64,000 bases of DNA from Mobula birostris (GCF_030028105.1 NC_092377.1:99454865-99518864); one strand, 5' to 3'; shown: positions 42,270 through 56,699, counted from the first letter of the stretch. Notes: generated from the sequence alone by a model not told the origin. Numbers and translations are program-made.

Positions 42270-43400
42270 GTCTCAACATCCTTCCTATAATGGTGGGACC
42301 AAAACTGTATGCAAAACTTCAGATGCAGTCTATCTAGAGTTTTATAAACCGCAGCATAATTTCCTGACTATTGAACTCAGTGCCTTGAATAATAAAGGTA
42401 TGCTTTCTTAACCACCCTATGAACCTGTGCAGCTACTTTCATGGAGCTATGAACTTGGAGCCCAAGATCTCTCTGCTCATCAACACTGTTCAAGGTCTTG
42501 CCTTTCACAGTATATTTTTGACCTACTAAGGTGTAACACTTCACATGTGGCCGGGTTAAACTCCATCTGCTATTTTTCTGCCCATATCTGTAACTGATCT
42601 ATATCCCACTGTGTTCTTGCCCATCTTCTACACCATCCACAACAACACAAATCTTTTCATCATCTACAAAATTCCTAACCCAGCCATCTATATTTTCACC
42701 TAGGTCATTTATATACATCACAAACATCAGAGGTCCCAAAACAGATCCCTGTGGAATACCAGTAATGACAGACCTCCAGTAGAATAAGTCCCTTCAATCA
42801 CTACCATCTGTCTCTACGAATCATCCAGTTGTAAATCCAAATTCACCATGAATCCCATTCATGTTAATCTTCTGGATGACTAACCTTGTCAAACACCTTA
42901 CTAAACCCATGTAGACAACAGATCTCTTGTGCCTTCATCAATCACCCTCATCACCTCATCAAAAACTCAATCAAGTTAGTAAGACACTACTTGCCCACAT
43001 AAAGCCATGCTGGCTCTCCCTAATCAGGCCATGATTTTCCAAATGCTCATAGATCCTATTCCAAAGAATTCTCTCCAATATCTTCCCTACCACTGACATG
43101 AGACTCACCGGTCTATAATTTCCAGGTTTATTCATGGTTCCCTTCTTGAATAATGGGACAACTTTAGCCATTTGCCAGTCCTTCAGGATATCACCAGTGG
43201 CTAGAGAGGACATAAAGATATTGGTCAAGGCTTTAGTAATCTCTTCTCTTGCCTCCCTCAATAATCTGGGGTATACTCGATCAGGCCATGGGGACTTATC
43301 CAGCTTAATGCTCTTTACTTCTACTTTACTTTGAAATGTGCTAGCATATCAATACACTTGCCATTGATCTCCCTATCCCCAAGTCCTTCTCTTAGTGCTG
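42270..43400 (-). mobile_element. CR1-type LINE RT fragment
   Basis: DWQMAKVVPLFKKG...PGNYRPVSLMSVVGKILE...ESQHGF. Confidence 0.85.
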
Positions 43401-43419
43401 CACTATGTTCTATGTAACA

Positions 43420-45730
43420 GCCAACACTGTGCTGTAAGTACACAGAACTTCACAACAGTTGGCACCATACAATAAGGGCATAGTCCTTAACAACAGCTGA
43501 CGCCATGCAGTCAGGGCACAGACCTTTAAAATGGATGACACCACACAGTGAGAGCACAGACTGTTACCACAGCCGGAACTCTACAGAAAGGGCACAGACC
43601 TTTACAACAGCCTGTACCATCCAGTAAGGGCACAGACTGTGACAACTGTCTTTGCTGTAATGTAAGGGCACAACTTGTTTCAACAGCTGGTACCATAAAG
43701 TAAGAGCACTGATCATTACATCAGCAGCTACTGTACAATGAGGGAGCAGACTATTACGACAGTCGGTTCCACACAGTAAGAGCACAGACCATTCGAACAG
43801 ATGGTATCATTCAGGCAGAGCACTGACCATTACAACAGTTTAGTACTGGCTGTAAGTACACACACCTTAACCACAGATGGCATCATACAGAAAAGGGACA
43901 TACAGTGCCTATAAAAAGTATTCACCCCTTTGGAAGTTTTCATGTTTTATTGTTTCACAACATTGAATCACAGTGGATTTAATTTGCCTCTTTTGACACT
44001 GGGCAATAGAAAAAGACTCGTGTCAGAGTGAAAACAATTTTCTACAAGTTGGTCTAAATTTATTACAATTATTAAACACAAAATAATTGATTGCATTAGT
44101 ATTCACTCCTTTTAATATGACACACCAAATCATTACTGGTACAGCCAATTAGTGTTAGAAGTCACATAATTAGTTAAATGGAGATTTATTTTTGGAGGCT
44201 TGTGTACTTTTAAAACAGACAGTGCCATACAGTAAGGCACGGAGCATTACAACAGATGGCACCAAACAGCAAAGGCACTGACTATTACAACAGCTGGTTC
44301 CATACAGTAAATGCACAGACCGTTACAACAGCTGGTATTGCACAGTCAGGGCACAGACCACAACAATACTGCAAGGGTATAGACCATTAGAACAACCAGC
44401 TCCTTATAGTAAGGGCAGAAATGTTACAACAGTCAGCACTGACCTGTAATGGCAAAGACTGTTACAACTCTTGTTTTCATATAGCAAAGACACACATCAT
44501 TACAACAACTGGTCCAAAAAAGTAAGGGCACACACTGTTACAACAGCCAGCAATGTAACAGCCCAGACCGTTACAACAGCTGGTACCATACAGTAAAGAC
44601 TAAGATCCTTACAACAGCTGGTACTGTACAGTAAGGGCACAGAATGTTACCACAGACTGGACAGTACAGTAGGGGCACAGACCATTACAACAGCCAGCAC
44701 CATACGATGAGGGCACAGACCATTACAACAGCCAGTACAATATGATGAGGACACAGACCATTACAACAGCCAATCCCGCACAGTAATGGCACAAACTGTT
44801 ACAACAGACAGTTCTGCGCAGTTAGGGCACAGACTGTACTGTACAGTGAGGGCAAAGATCTTTGCAACAGCTGGTACTGTACAGTAGGAGCACAGACCGT
44901 TACAAAAGTTGGCACTATATAGTAAGGGCACAGAGCATGACAACAGTTTATACTGTACAGTAAGGGCATAGACAGTTACAACAGCTAGTACCATACAATA
45001 GGGGAACACATGTTACAACAGGCATTGCCATACAGTAAGGGCACCGACCATTACAACAGTCAGTTCCGCACAATAAAGGCACAGACCATTCGAGCAACCA
45101 GTGCCATTCAGTAAGAGCACTGACCTTTACCATGGGTGGCACTATACAGAAAAGGGACATTCTTGTACAATAGGCAGTGATATACAGTAAAGGCACAGAC
45201 TATTACAACAGATGGCACCGTACACTAAGGGCACCAGCCGCTATACAGTTGGCTCTGTACAGTAAGGGCAAAGACCATTACAACAGCTGGTTCTGTAAAT
45301 TAAGAGTACTGACCGTTATAATAGCCAAAACCAATCTGTAAGGGCACAGGCCTTTACTACAGATGGCACAGAGCATTACAACAGCTGGTTCCATACAGTA
45401 AGGACATAGACCATTCGAACAACTGGCCCCATTTGTTAAGGGCACTGACCATTACAATAGCCAGCACCAATCTGTAAAGCCCCAGACCGTTACCACAGAT
45501 GGCACTGTACAGTCAGGGCACCAAACGTTACAACACCTGGTACCGCACAGTAAGGGCACAGACTATTTCACCAGCCGGTACGGTACAGCAAGGGCTCAGA
45601 CCCTTACAACTGCCAGTACCATTTTGAAAGGGCACAAACTGTTACAACTGCTAGTATCATAACGTAAGGGTATAGGAAGTTTCAACACCTGGCACCATAC
45701 AATAATGGCAAAGACCTTTACAACAGATAA
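43420..45730. repeat. 38-bp minisatellite (about 50 diverged copies), consensus CAGTAAGGGCACAGACCGTTACAACAGCTGGTACCATA
   Basis: TTACAACAGCTGG at 44285 and 44323 gives a period of 38. Confidence 0.9.
43903..44200 (+). mobile_element. Tc1/mariner left-end fragment inside the minisatellite
   Basis: TA|CAGTGCCTATAAAAAGTATTCACCCC is a typical Tc1 TIR start; no right TIR seen. Confidence 0.75.
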
Positions 45731-46099
45731 CCTGAAATAAAAACATAGAATGCTGGAAACACTCACAGCTCAGTCTATATTGAACAAGCTCTGGTTTTAT
45801 TTTTGTCAGATAGATACATGGACTCTCTCAGTACTGGACCAGTGGAACATACTTGGTCTTTACAAGGAGACAGATAACTGACACTGCAGTATATGACCTG
45901 AACATCCCTATAGTGAACTGAAAGGAATCAATGAAAATGCACCACACTGCACTGTCCAGAAACAGTCAGCAGGGCTTTACAACACCAAGTCCTTCACTAC
46001 CAGGACACAGGAATATAAAACTCTCCACACTGGTCAGTAAGCACACAGACCTGTACACACCCAGCATTGTACTCCACCATTAAACACCATTAAACCCAG

Positions 46100-47440
46100 C
46101 ACTTCAATGACAGAGAAAAATACAACACTGATACTGGACTGGGATTCATGGAGCTGATCAGGTAAGAGCAAAGAAACAACATTTCCTGGTGGGAGAGTCG
46201 AGAACAGGGGAAATGGGCTGAAAGTTAGAGTCAGGCTGTGGAAAGGAGACGTCTGGAAGCATTTTTCCATGTTCAATGAGGTCAGTCCAGTGGGCAAAGC
46301 AGACGTGGGCCTGACATGGGAGGTTGGCAGGGGACCTTGAACCTAGTTTCATGCACTGGTGAAGCAGATGGAATTAGAGCTGATCAGCAGGAGAGTGTGT
46401 GAGAGTGATGCAGTCACAGAGACACAACCTTTCAGAGGAGGGCAGCAGCCACAGTAGCCAGGTCTGTGGCACAGTGATTGGCTTCAATGTACAACAGGAG
46501 AGGGTGGAGACAAGGAGAGCTGTAGTGATTGGAGATTCCATAGTGAGGGGGATGGACAGGAGATCCTGTGGCTGTGAACGAGACTCTAGTATGGAGTGTT
46601 ATCTCCGGGGTGTCGGGGTGAAGGATGATTCCAGTGGGTTACAGAAGAATCTGTAGGGGGAGGGTGAACAGACAGAGGTTGTTGTACACATTCACACTGG
46701 GACAAAATGGATGAGGGCCTGCAGAGTGAATGTAGGGAATGAGGCAGAAAGTTAAAGGATTGAAAGTGGGAGCTCAAGGTGATCGATGGATTATGAGCTG
46801 GTGGGGTAGGAACAGGAGGACTGTGTAGATGACGTTGTGACCAAGAGACTGGTGCAAGAGGGAACAGTTCAGGTCTGGGACCATTAAGATCTCTCCTGGG
46901 GCAGAGGTTTCCTGTACAAGAGAGGTGGGTTGCATATGAACTGGAGGGAGACCAATATCTGAGTGGGGAGATATGCTAACGCTATTTGGGAGGGTTTAAG
47001 TCAGTCTAGCAGTGGGGTAGGATACAATGCAGTAGTGTGACAGATGAGGAGGTTGAGGCTAATAGAAATTTTAAAGTGAGCAAGATGAGCAGATAAGACA
47101 GACGGGCAAGGCAGGGAGTGAGGAAGGTCTGATAGAGTGAAGTGCAATAATTCTAATACAAGAAGCCTGACAAGTCAGGCAGATGAACTCAGGGCACGGA
47201 TTTGTACATGAGACCGAGATATTCATTACAGAACACGTTTAAGGAAGGGACAGGACTGGCAGCTCAATGTTCCAGGGTACAGAAGCTACAGGCAGGTTGG
47301 AGAAGGAGGTAAGAGAGGAGGGGGAGTTGTGTTTTTAAAAGGGGAGAACATCACGATGGTACTTAGAGAGGATATTCCTGTGGGATTGTCCGGTGAGACT
47401 ATATGGGAGGAACGTAGACATGAGATGAGGATGATCCAAT
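46100..47440 (+). mobile_element. CR1 5' part (ORF1 SGNH esterase plus start of endonuclease)
   Basis: RRAVVIGDSIVRGMDRR motif; endonuclease start about 47140. Confidence 0.8.
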
Positions 47441-47699
47441 TGAGTACCATCTGCCTTCCAAACCACTTGATGCAGAACCACAATGTCTTCATCAGATTTC
47501 CTTCCACTGTCTCTGTGTCATCAGGAGACTTGGGCATCTCACATCACGTTCCCTCCTCATGGTCATTAAACAGTGAACAACTGTGGCCAAGAACTGATCC
47601 CTAGAGTTCTCCAAAACTTTCCTCCTTCCTGTCCGAAATTGACCCACTGTTTCCAGCCACTCACAAAACACTGGGTTGTCATCCTCGAACGAGAAAGCT

Positions 47700-50110
47700 C
47701 ATCACCTAATCCTGAAGTTGACTGGCATTGCTGACTCTGAGTTTACCACTATCAAATGTCAAGAGGGTTACGACAATCAGGAAGTCTCCAGAAGCAGCTG
47801 TGTAAATACAATGTGCTCTTAGTAAGTCTGTGGGACAGGCACAGAATGTGAAACTAATCTAATGGAGAGAGACAGACTGAGCCAAGTCACATGTTGATGG
47901 AGGGCAGAAATGACCCATTCTGATATAGACAGAAAGGCAGAGAATTTGTTGTTTGTCCGGATGCCTGAACTGTCTCCAGTTAGAAGATAAAGTGTTGTTC
48001 TTCCAAATTGTGTTGAGCCTTGCTGTAACTGTGACAGCGGAGGTCACCATACAGACTAAAATTATCTCAGCTGAAATGTTGTCCTTTACCCACTGTTGTC
48101 ATTTACAAACATCCTACAGTGTATAAAAGGCAAGTGATTTGTGTATGGGAATCTCAAACACAATAGCTCGTCAGTTCTGCTGTGCCTGTCTGTTCACCAG
48201 CACCGATCGCTGAATGTGGAAGAAGAGATCTTTGAGAAGGCTGCACACCAGTCATAGCAAGGAGAACCCGAATACATGTACATGTCCGTGATCTGAAATG
48301 ATAAATTCCCATAGGGTTGATAGCAGTGAAATGTTATTCACTGGTTCTCATTTTATAAGGGCTTCACAAGGCAATCCTAGCTGCAGATAGGAGAGGCCAT
48401 TCACATGATCTGTGTGTGGGAAGGGATTCATTCAGTTAACCCACCTTGTGAGGGTCCAGCGAATTCACAACAAATAGAGGCCACAATTCCGTCTGGAGTG
48501 AGCAAAGAGTCATCTCACCTGCTAAAGCACCAGCAACTTCACAACAGGGAGGAGGTTCAAATATGCTGTATAATTCTGGCACCTCCCTCCCCTTTCTCAA
48601 TCTTTTCATCTCCATCATTAGAGACAAACTATCAACTAACACCTTTTATAAGTCTACCAATTTGCACGGTTATCTTGACTATACCTCTTCCTGCTCTATC
48701 TCCTGTAAAATTGCTATTTCCTTTCCTCAGTTCCTGCACCTCCTCCACATCTGTTCCCAGGATGTGGCTTTCGTTTCGAGGATATCAGAGATGTTCTTCT
48801 CCTTCAAAAGGCAAGCTTTCTCTCTGTCCACTATTCATTTCCCCCTCACTCACATCTCCTTCATTGCCTGAAAATCCGCGCTCAACCTATCTTCCCGCTG
48901 TCTTAACAGTGGTGGAGTTCCTCTTGTCCTTATCTACCACCACATGAGCCTACTCTTCCAACATATCCTCCTCAGAACTTCAACCTTCTCCGAAGGGATC
49001 CTGCCACAATACATAACTTTCCTTCTCCCCCTCTGCTTTCTGGAGGGATCACTCCTTCAGCGATTCCCTTGTCCATTCGTCCCTCACCACTAATCTCCCT
49101 CCCGACACTCATCACTGCAAATGTCCAAGGTGCTACACCTGTCCATTCACCTCCTCCCTCACCTCAATTCAGGTCCCTAAACAGTCCTTCCAGGTGAGGC
49201 AACACTTAACCTGTGAATCTGCTGGGGTTGTCTACTGTGTCCAATCCTCCTGACGCAACCTCCTCTGCATTGGTGAGGCCTATCGTAAATCGAGTGACCA
49301 CTTTGTCGAGCACCACCGCTCCATTCACCGAACGCAGAACTTGCCAGTGGCCAAAATATCTCAATTCCTATTCTGACATGTCAGTCTGTAGCCTCCTCTT
49401 GTGCCCAGATGAGGCCACCTCAGGGTGGACAAACAACAACTTATATTCCATCTGAGTAGCCTGATGGCATGAATATCGATTTCTCCATGAAATAACTTTT
49501 TCCCCTTCCCTCCTTCTCTATTTCCCACTCTGGTGTTTTACCTCTTTTCACCTGCCTATCCTTTTCTGCTGGGTCCCCTCCTCTTTCCTTTTCTCCAATG
49601 GTCCACTCTCCTTTCCTATCAGATTCCTTCTTCTCCAGCTCTTTACCTTTCCCACCCACCTTCGCCTTCACATTCCAGCTAGCGTCCTTCTCTTCCCCCC
49701 TCCCCCACCTTTTTATTCTGGCATCTTCCCTCTTCATATTCAGTCCTGCAGAATGGTCTTGACCTGAAACATTGACTGTTTATTCATTTCTAAAGATGCT
49801 GCCTGGCCTGCTGAGTTCCTCCAGCATTTTGTGTGTATTGTTTTGGATTTCCAGTATCTGCAGACTTTCTTGTGTTCACTTGTGTTGAACGTTTAACCAT
49901 CACATTGGCTGAATTCAATTACAAGTTCACAAAACACTGTTAATGTCATATTCTGTAGATGTTGGGCTGTTCATCACACCCAGGACAGACCCCTGATCAC
50001 TGAGCGTTAGAGGGGTTTGTTCTGCTGTTGCTGACCTGAAGTTAGACTGGTGTTTAATGTTGTGGATCTGTGACAAATAAATCTGTCCTATTTCAAATCC
50101 TGTGTCTCGG
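47700..50110 (+). pseudogene. ZNF unit 3 (paralog of unit 1), interrupted by a Penelope element
   Basis: Collinear with 590-1700; acceptor at 48119; finger remnants 48350-48560; AATAAA 50076-50081. Confidence 0.8.
48571..49883 (+). mobile_element. Penelope-like element (RT C-terminus, GIY-YIG, pLTR)
   Basis: SLPFLNL...YKSTNLHGYLDYTSS...FPQFLHLLHICS; pyrimidine-rich 3' end with a decayed hammerhead at about 49741. Confidence 0.8.
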
Positions 50111-50344
50111 GTGCTTCCTGTCTCTGTCCAATATACAGTAGAGAGGTCACTCAGTCCAACTGGTCCCTGCCTGTGTTTCTGTTCCATATCAGTCCTTTTA
50201 CATCCATCCCTGCTGTTCACCTCTCACACTCCCTGTGATGACAGGGTGCAACTGGTCAGCACTCTGTGGGTGAAGAATTTGCTGAATTTGCTACATGACT
50301 TTCTGCAGACTGAGAAGGATGATGGGCTCACTGTGGAATTCTTC

Positions 50345-53300
50345 TCAATTACCGTGAGCACAGGCCCAGCGTCATCAAACGCTCCTCATACGATAAGCCT
50401 TTCAATCCTGCAAACATTTAAATGAACTTCCTTAGAACCCTCTTCAAGGTCAGCACGTCTGTTCTTAGATAAGGAGCCCCAGACTGCTCAGATTCCTGCA
50501 AGTGAGGCCTCACCAGTGTCTTATAAAGCCTCAACATTACATCCTTTGTTTTGTATTCTAGTCCTCTTCAAATGAATGCTAACATGCCATTTCCCTATCT
50601 CACCACTGACTCAACCTACAAACTAACCTTCAGAGAACCCTGCACAATGATTCCCAAGTCCCTTTGCACCTCAGGTTTTTGAATTTTTTCACCATTTAGA
50701 ACATAATATATGCTTTTATTTCTTTTACTAAAATGCATGATCATACACTTCACAACACCACCATTTTTATTCTGTGTAAGTCCTTCTGTAGACTGTCTGC
50801 TTCCTCAACACTAACCGCCTCTCCACCTATCTTTGTATCATCCATAAACTTGGCCACAAAGCCATCAATTCCAACATATCATATCATTGACACATAGCAT
50901 AAAAAGAAGTGGTTCCAACACAGGCCCGTGGAACCTGCTGTCACCCAGAAACTGGTCTTTTTAATCCCACCCTTTACCTCCTGTCAGTCAGTCAATGCTC
51001 TATCCATGCTAGTATCTTTTCTGTAATACTATGGGCTCTTAACTTGTTAAGCACCCTCATGTGTGGCACCTTGCCAAAGGCCTTCTGAAAATTCAAGTAA
51101 ACAACACCCGCTGATTCTCCTTTGTCTTCCTGCTTGTCATTTCTTCAGAATTCAACAAATTTGTCAGGCAGGATTTTCCCTTAAGGAAACCATGCTTACT
51201 TCAGCCTATTTTATCAGGTACTTTGAAGTACCCGAGATCACATCCTTAACAATTGACTCCAACATCTTCCCATCACTGAGCTCAGACTAACTGTCCTATA
51301 ATTTACTTTGTTCTACCTCCCCCCTTTCTTGAAGAGTGAAGTGACATTTGCAATTTTCCAAACCTCCAGAACCATGCCAGAATCCATTGATTTTTCCAAG
51401 ATCATCATTAATACCTCCACAATCTCTTCATCCATCCCTTTCAGAACCCTGGGTTGGAGACCATCTGACCCAGGTGACTTATCTACTTCCAGTCCATTCA
51501 GTTTCTCAAGAACATTCTCCCTACTAATGGCAACTTCACTCACTTTTAACTCCTGACACTCTTGAACTTCCAGCATACTGCTGGGTCTTCCACAGTGAAG
51601 AATGATGTAATATACTTATTTATTTCTTCTGCCATTTCCAGCATTGTTTGACAGCAGTTCGATATCTACTCTCACCTCTCTTTTACACTTTATTTATCAG
51701 AAGAAACTTTTTGTATCCTCTTTAATATTATTGGCTAGCTTACTTTCCTATTCCATCTTTTTCTTATTTATGGCTTTTTTAGTTGCCTTATGTTGATTTT
51801 TTAAAACGCCATAATCCTCTAACTTCTCACTAGTTTTTGTTCTATTATATGCCTTCCCCTTGGCCTTGACTTCTCTCGTCAACCACGGTTGGATCATCCT
51901 GCCTTTAGAATACTTATTCTTCTTTGGCATATATCTATCCTGCTTCTTTTGAATTCCTCCAAGAAACTCCAGCCATTCCCGCTCAGCCGACACCATCCTT
52001 AATAGTGTTTCCTTCCAATCTATTTTGGTCAGCTCCTCTCATGCCTCTGCAGTACCTCTCACTCCACTGTAAGACTGATACACCTGACTTCAGCTTCTCC
52101 TTCTCAAACTGCAGGTGAATTCTATCATATTTTGATCACTGGCTCCTTGGGGTTCCTTTACCTTAAGCTCTCCGATCAATTCCAGTTCATTGCACAACAC
52201 CCAATCCAAAACAACTGATTCCCTAGTGGGCTCTACTGTGAGCTGCTCTAAAAATTTATCTCATAGGCATTCTACAAACTCTCCCTTTTGGAACCCAACA
52301 TGAACCTGATTTTCCCAATCTACCTGCATATTGTACACCACATCTTTGCTACCGTTCAAGGATCAATATATAACTCCCATCAGGGTCTTTTTACCCTTGA
52401 TCAGCACTGGAAAGAAAGATGAGAAATCAGAGTAAGAAGGTGGAGGGAGTGGAAGAAGGTGGTGTGTGATAGGTGAAACGAGGAGAGGGTGAAATAAAGA
52501 TCCGTGACACTTCACGCACTCTTGATTATTTCAATAATTTCAAGTTCCCTGGCCCTGATCATCTCATTTTCACTAATTCTCCATCTACTTCTTTGGCAAG
52601 GAGTCTCTGGCACGCACTGATGACCCCTTCTCCCACGTTCAACCCTTCTCCTTTTCCTAGACATCCTGCTCTAGTCTTCTACCCGCTCAGGATTTTTTTA
52701 TTGCTCACTGCCGATGGGACATCAACCGTCTCGATCTTAACACTCCTCTCTCCAATTCTAGCCTCACTCCTTCTGAATGTGCTGCTCACTGCTTTCTCCA
52801 CACTAATCCTAACCTCAACGTTAAACCCACAGATAAGGGGGTGCTGTAGTGGTCTGGGAGACTGTCCTGCACCTTGCTGAGGCCAAGCAGCAACTCTCAG
52901 ACACCTCCTCTTACTTACCCTTTGAACAGGACCCCACTAAGGAGCACCAGGCCCTTGTCTCCTGCACCATCACCAACCTTATCTACTCTGGGGATCTCCT
53001 ATCCACTGCCACTGACCTCATAGTTCCCTCACTCTGTACCTCCTGTTTCTACCTCCTACCCAAGATCCATTAACCTGCTTGTCCAGGTAGACCCATTGTT
53101 TCCGCTTGTTCCTGCCCCACCAAACTTATATTTCAATACCTTGAACAAGAGAAAATCTGCAGATGCTGGAAATCCAAAGCAACACACACAAAGTGCAGGA
53201 GGAACTCAGCAAGCCAGGCAGCTTCTTTGAAAAATAATAAACTGTTGACTTTTCAGGCCAAGACCCTTCAGCAGGACTGGAGAAAAATAAGATGAGGAGT

Positions 53301-55128
53301 AGAATTAAAAGATCGGAGGGGAGGGTCTGTTTCTCCCTTCCCTCCCCCAACCTTTTAACTCTACTCTTCATCTTTTTTCTCCAGACCTGCTGAAGGGACT
53401 CGGTCCAAAACGTCGACTGTACTCTTTTCCATAGATGCTGCCTGATCTGCTGAGTTCCTCCAGCATTTTGTGACTGTTGCTTTGGATTGCCAGCATCTGC
53501 AGATTTTCTGTTGTTTGTCTTTTTATCCTTGCAGTTTCTAAGCTCTACCCACAATGATGTTACACCTTCTGATCCTATGTTTCCTCTTTCTAAGGATGTG
53601 ATTTCATGTTTTACCAACAGAGCCACACTACTCCCTCTGTCAACCTGTCTGTTCTTTTGATACAATGTGTACATGAAAGCATAAAGCTCCCAGCTATGAT
53701 CTTCTTTCAGCCACAACTCAGTGATGTGAACAACAACATACATGCCAATCTCTAATGGTGCTACAAGTTCAAACGCCTTATTCCATATACAGTACTGCGT
53801 GTATTCAAACATAACACTTTCAGTCCTCAATTCATCACCCTTTTTGATTTTGTCACCCTTTTACAATGCAACTCATCCCATTGTCAGCAATTTTACCCCA
53901 TCATCAGCCTCTCCTTGCCAGCAGTCTCACTATACACAGCCTCTGTTTGTGAACCAACTACCCCATCCTCAGCCTTATCACTCCAGTTCCCACCCCCATG
54001 CCAAATTAGTTTAAACCAGCCGCCACCCCTGACCAGCTGTAGCCAACCTGCCCTCATGGTTATTGGTTCCCCTCAGGTTCAGGTGTAACCCATCCCTTTT
54101 CTACAGGTCATAGCTTCCCCAGAAGAATTCCAATGATCCAGAGATCTGAACATCTGTCCTCTGCACCAGTTTCTCAGTCCCGCATTCATCTGCCAAATCA
54201 TTCTATTCTTAACCTCACTGGCATATGGCACAGTCAGTAATCCAGAGATTACTACCCTGAAGGTCCTGCTTTTCATCTTTCTATCTAGCTCCCTAAAATC
54301 TCTCTTCTGGTCCTGTTTACCTTTCCTGCCTATGTCATTGGTGCCAATATGTACTAAGACTTTTTGCTGCTCACCCTTCCCCTTTTGAATGCTGTTGACC
54401 CCATCAGATACATCCCTAACCCTGTCACCTTGGGGCAACATATCATCTGGATGTCTCCATTGCGTCCACAGAATTTTGTCTCTTTTTATTTAACTAAGGG
54501 ATCTCCTGTCACTGCTCTTCTCTTCTGAGCCACAACACCAGTCTCAGTGGGAGAGACCTGGTCACTGTAGCTCCCCACTGATACATCGTTTCACACAACA
54601 GTATTAAAAGTGCAAAACATATTCCTGAGAGGAACGGCCACAGGGGTACTCGGCACTGTCTGCCAATTTATTTTCCTTCTCCTGACAGTCACCTGCTCCT
54701 TCAACCCATGGATGACCTTCTGCCTGTAACTCCTGACTATCACTTCCTCAGGCTTCAGTGTGACCCGCAGGTCATCGAGCTGCAGCTCCGGTTCTTTAAC
54801 ACGTGCGCTGAGGATCTGCAACTCGGTGTACCTGGAGCAAATGTGGTTATCCGGGAGGCGGCTGGTCTCTCAGACTTCCCACATCTTACACACACGGCTC
54901 CCAGAGCCATTTTTACTGCACTAAATGTGCCCTAACAGACGGGGAATGAAGAATAATAAGAAGAAATAGAAACTTATCTGGTACTTACTTCGCTCAAGCC
55001 TGATGAGCCAAAACCACTCTGTCAATGGCCAGCCCGCTTGCCCCTGCATTTTTTTTAAATCTTCAGCCGCGTATCGGAGTGAAATCACCGCTTCTTCTCG
55101 AGCTCCCGCTCACTGCTTGGACGCAGTC
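50345..55128 (-). mobile_element. Near-full-length CR1 LINE with nested Penelope pieces (about 52400-53515)
   Basis: ORF1 esterase (LVHIGTNDIG 54079-54441), endonuclease (HITELWLKED), KSPGSDGLQPRVLK; absent from the paralogous block at about 2070. Confidence 0.85.
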
Positions 55129-55496
55129 CAATTGTGCCTCCTCACACAGCTTGCTTACTGCAGTACACCACCCTCTTCTAAAGTGTAACAGCTGAATGTT
55201 CGGTAAATCTTTGAGAGCTTTGGGGCTCCTGAAAGTAGTGGTGGCTAGAGTTTACTGGGAGAAAGAGGAGGAGGAGGACCAGGAGGATGTGGCTACAAAT
55301 GAAAATCAGCAATATGTGGAAACCGATTGACAGAAAAACGTTGTTTATTTCTGCAAAATGCTGTTGGAACTCAGCGGGTCAAACGACATATATGGAGAAG
55401 AATAAATGTCGACAAAACACTTCATCATACCTGTACTGTTTATTCCTCTGCTAAAATACTGTCTGACCTGCTGAGTTCCTCCAGCACTTTGTAAGT

Positions 55497-56518
55497 GTTA
55501 TTCTATTACCTGACTGGCAGACCACAGTACGTGTGCTTGCAACACTATGTGTCCGACAGAGTGATCAGCAGCACTGGGGCTCCATAGGGGACTGTCTTGT
55601 CTCCCTTTCTCTTCACCATTTACACCTCGGACTTCAACTACTGCATAGAGTCTTGGCATCTTCAGAAGTTTTCGGATGACTCTGCCATAGTTGGATGCCA
55701 TAGAAAGATGAGGCTGAGTACAGGGCTACGGTTGGAAACTTTGTCACATGGTGTGAGCAGAATTATCTGCAGCTTAATGTGAAAAAGGCTAAGGAGCTGG
55801 TGGTCGACCTGAGGAGAGCTGAGTTACCGGTGACCCCTGTTTCCATCCAGGGGGTCAGTGTGGACATGGTGGAGGATTACAAATACCTGGGGATACGAAT
55901 TGACAATAAACTGGACTGGTCAAAGAACACTGAGGCTGTCTACAAGAAGGGTCAGAGCCGTCTCTATTTCCTAAGGAGACTGAGGTCCGGACGATGTTGA
56001 GGATGTTCTACGAGTCTGTGGTGGCCAGTGCGATCATGTTTGCTTTTGTGTGCTGGGGCAGCAGGCTGAGGGCAGCAGACACCAACAGAATCAACAAACT
56101 CATTCGTAAGGCCAGTGATGTTGTGGGGATGGAACTGGACTCTCTCACGGTGGTGTCTGAAAAGAGGATGCTGTCTAAATTGCATGCCATCTTGATCAAT
56201 GTCTCCCATCCACTACATAAGGTACTGGGTGGGCACAGGAGTACATTCAGCCAGAGATTCATTCCACCGAGATGCAGCACAGAGCGTCATAGGAAGTCAT
56301 TCCTGCTTGTGGCCATCAAACTTTACAACTCCTCCCTTGGAGGGTCAGACACCCTGAGCCAATAGGCTGGTCCTGGACTTATTTCATAATTTACTGGCAT
56401 AATTTACATATTACTATTTAATTATTTATAGTTCTATTACTATTTATGGTGCAACTGTAACGAAAACCAATCTCCCCCGGGATCAATAAAGTAAGACTAT
56501 GACTATGACTATGACTGT
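55497..56518 (+). mobile_element. Rex1/Babar-like LINE, 5'-truncated, (ACTATG)n tail
   Basis: LSPFLFTIYTSD...KFSDDSAIVG, YKYLGIRIDNKLDW; tail GACTATGACTATG. Confidence 0.85.
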
Positions 56519-56699
56519 ATTTCCAACATCTGCAGAATAGCTCGTGTTTTATATCTGCATTTGTAAGTGGGTTAGACTTTGAAATTTGACACAGGGAATG
56601 TTCGTTGATATTGAGTATATTGTTTATGGGAGCTTGCTGAGTTTTCTACATAAAAATGTTGACTATTATTGAAACATTCATGTTACGTGGACCAGTACT

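Noticed and set aside
43420-45730. CRISPR-like array
   Set aside because: Head-to-tail diverged monomers with no unique spacers and no cas genes, in vertebrate DNA.
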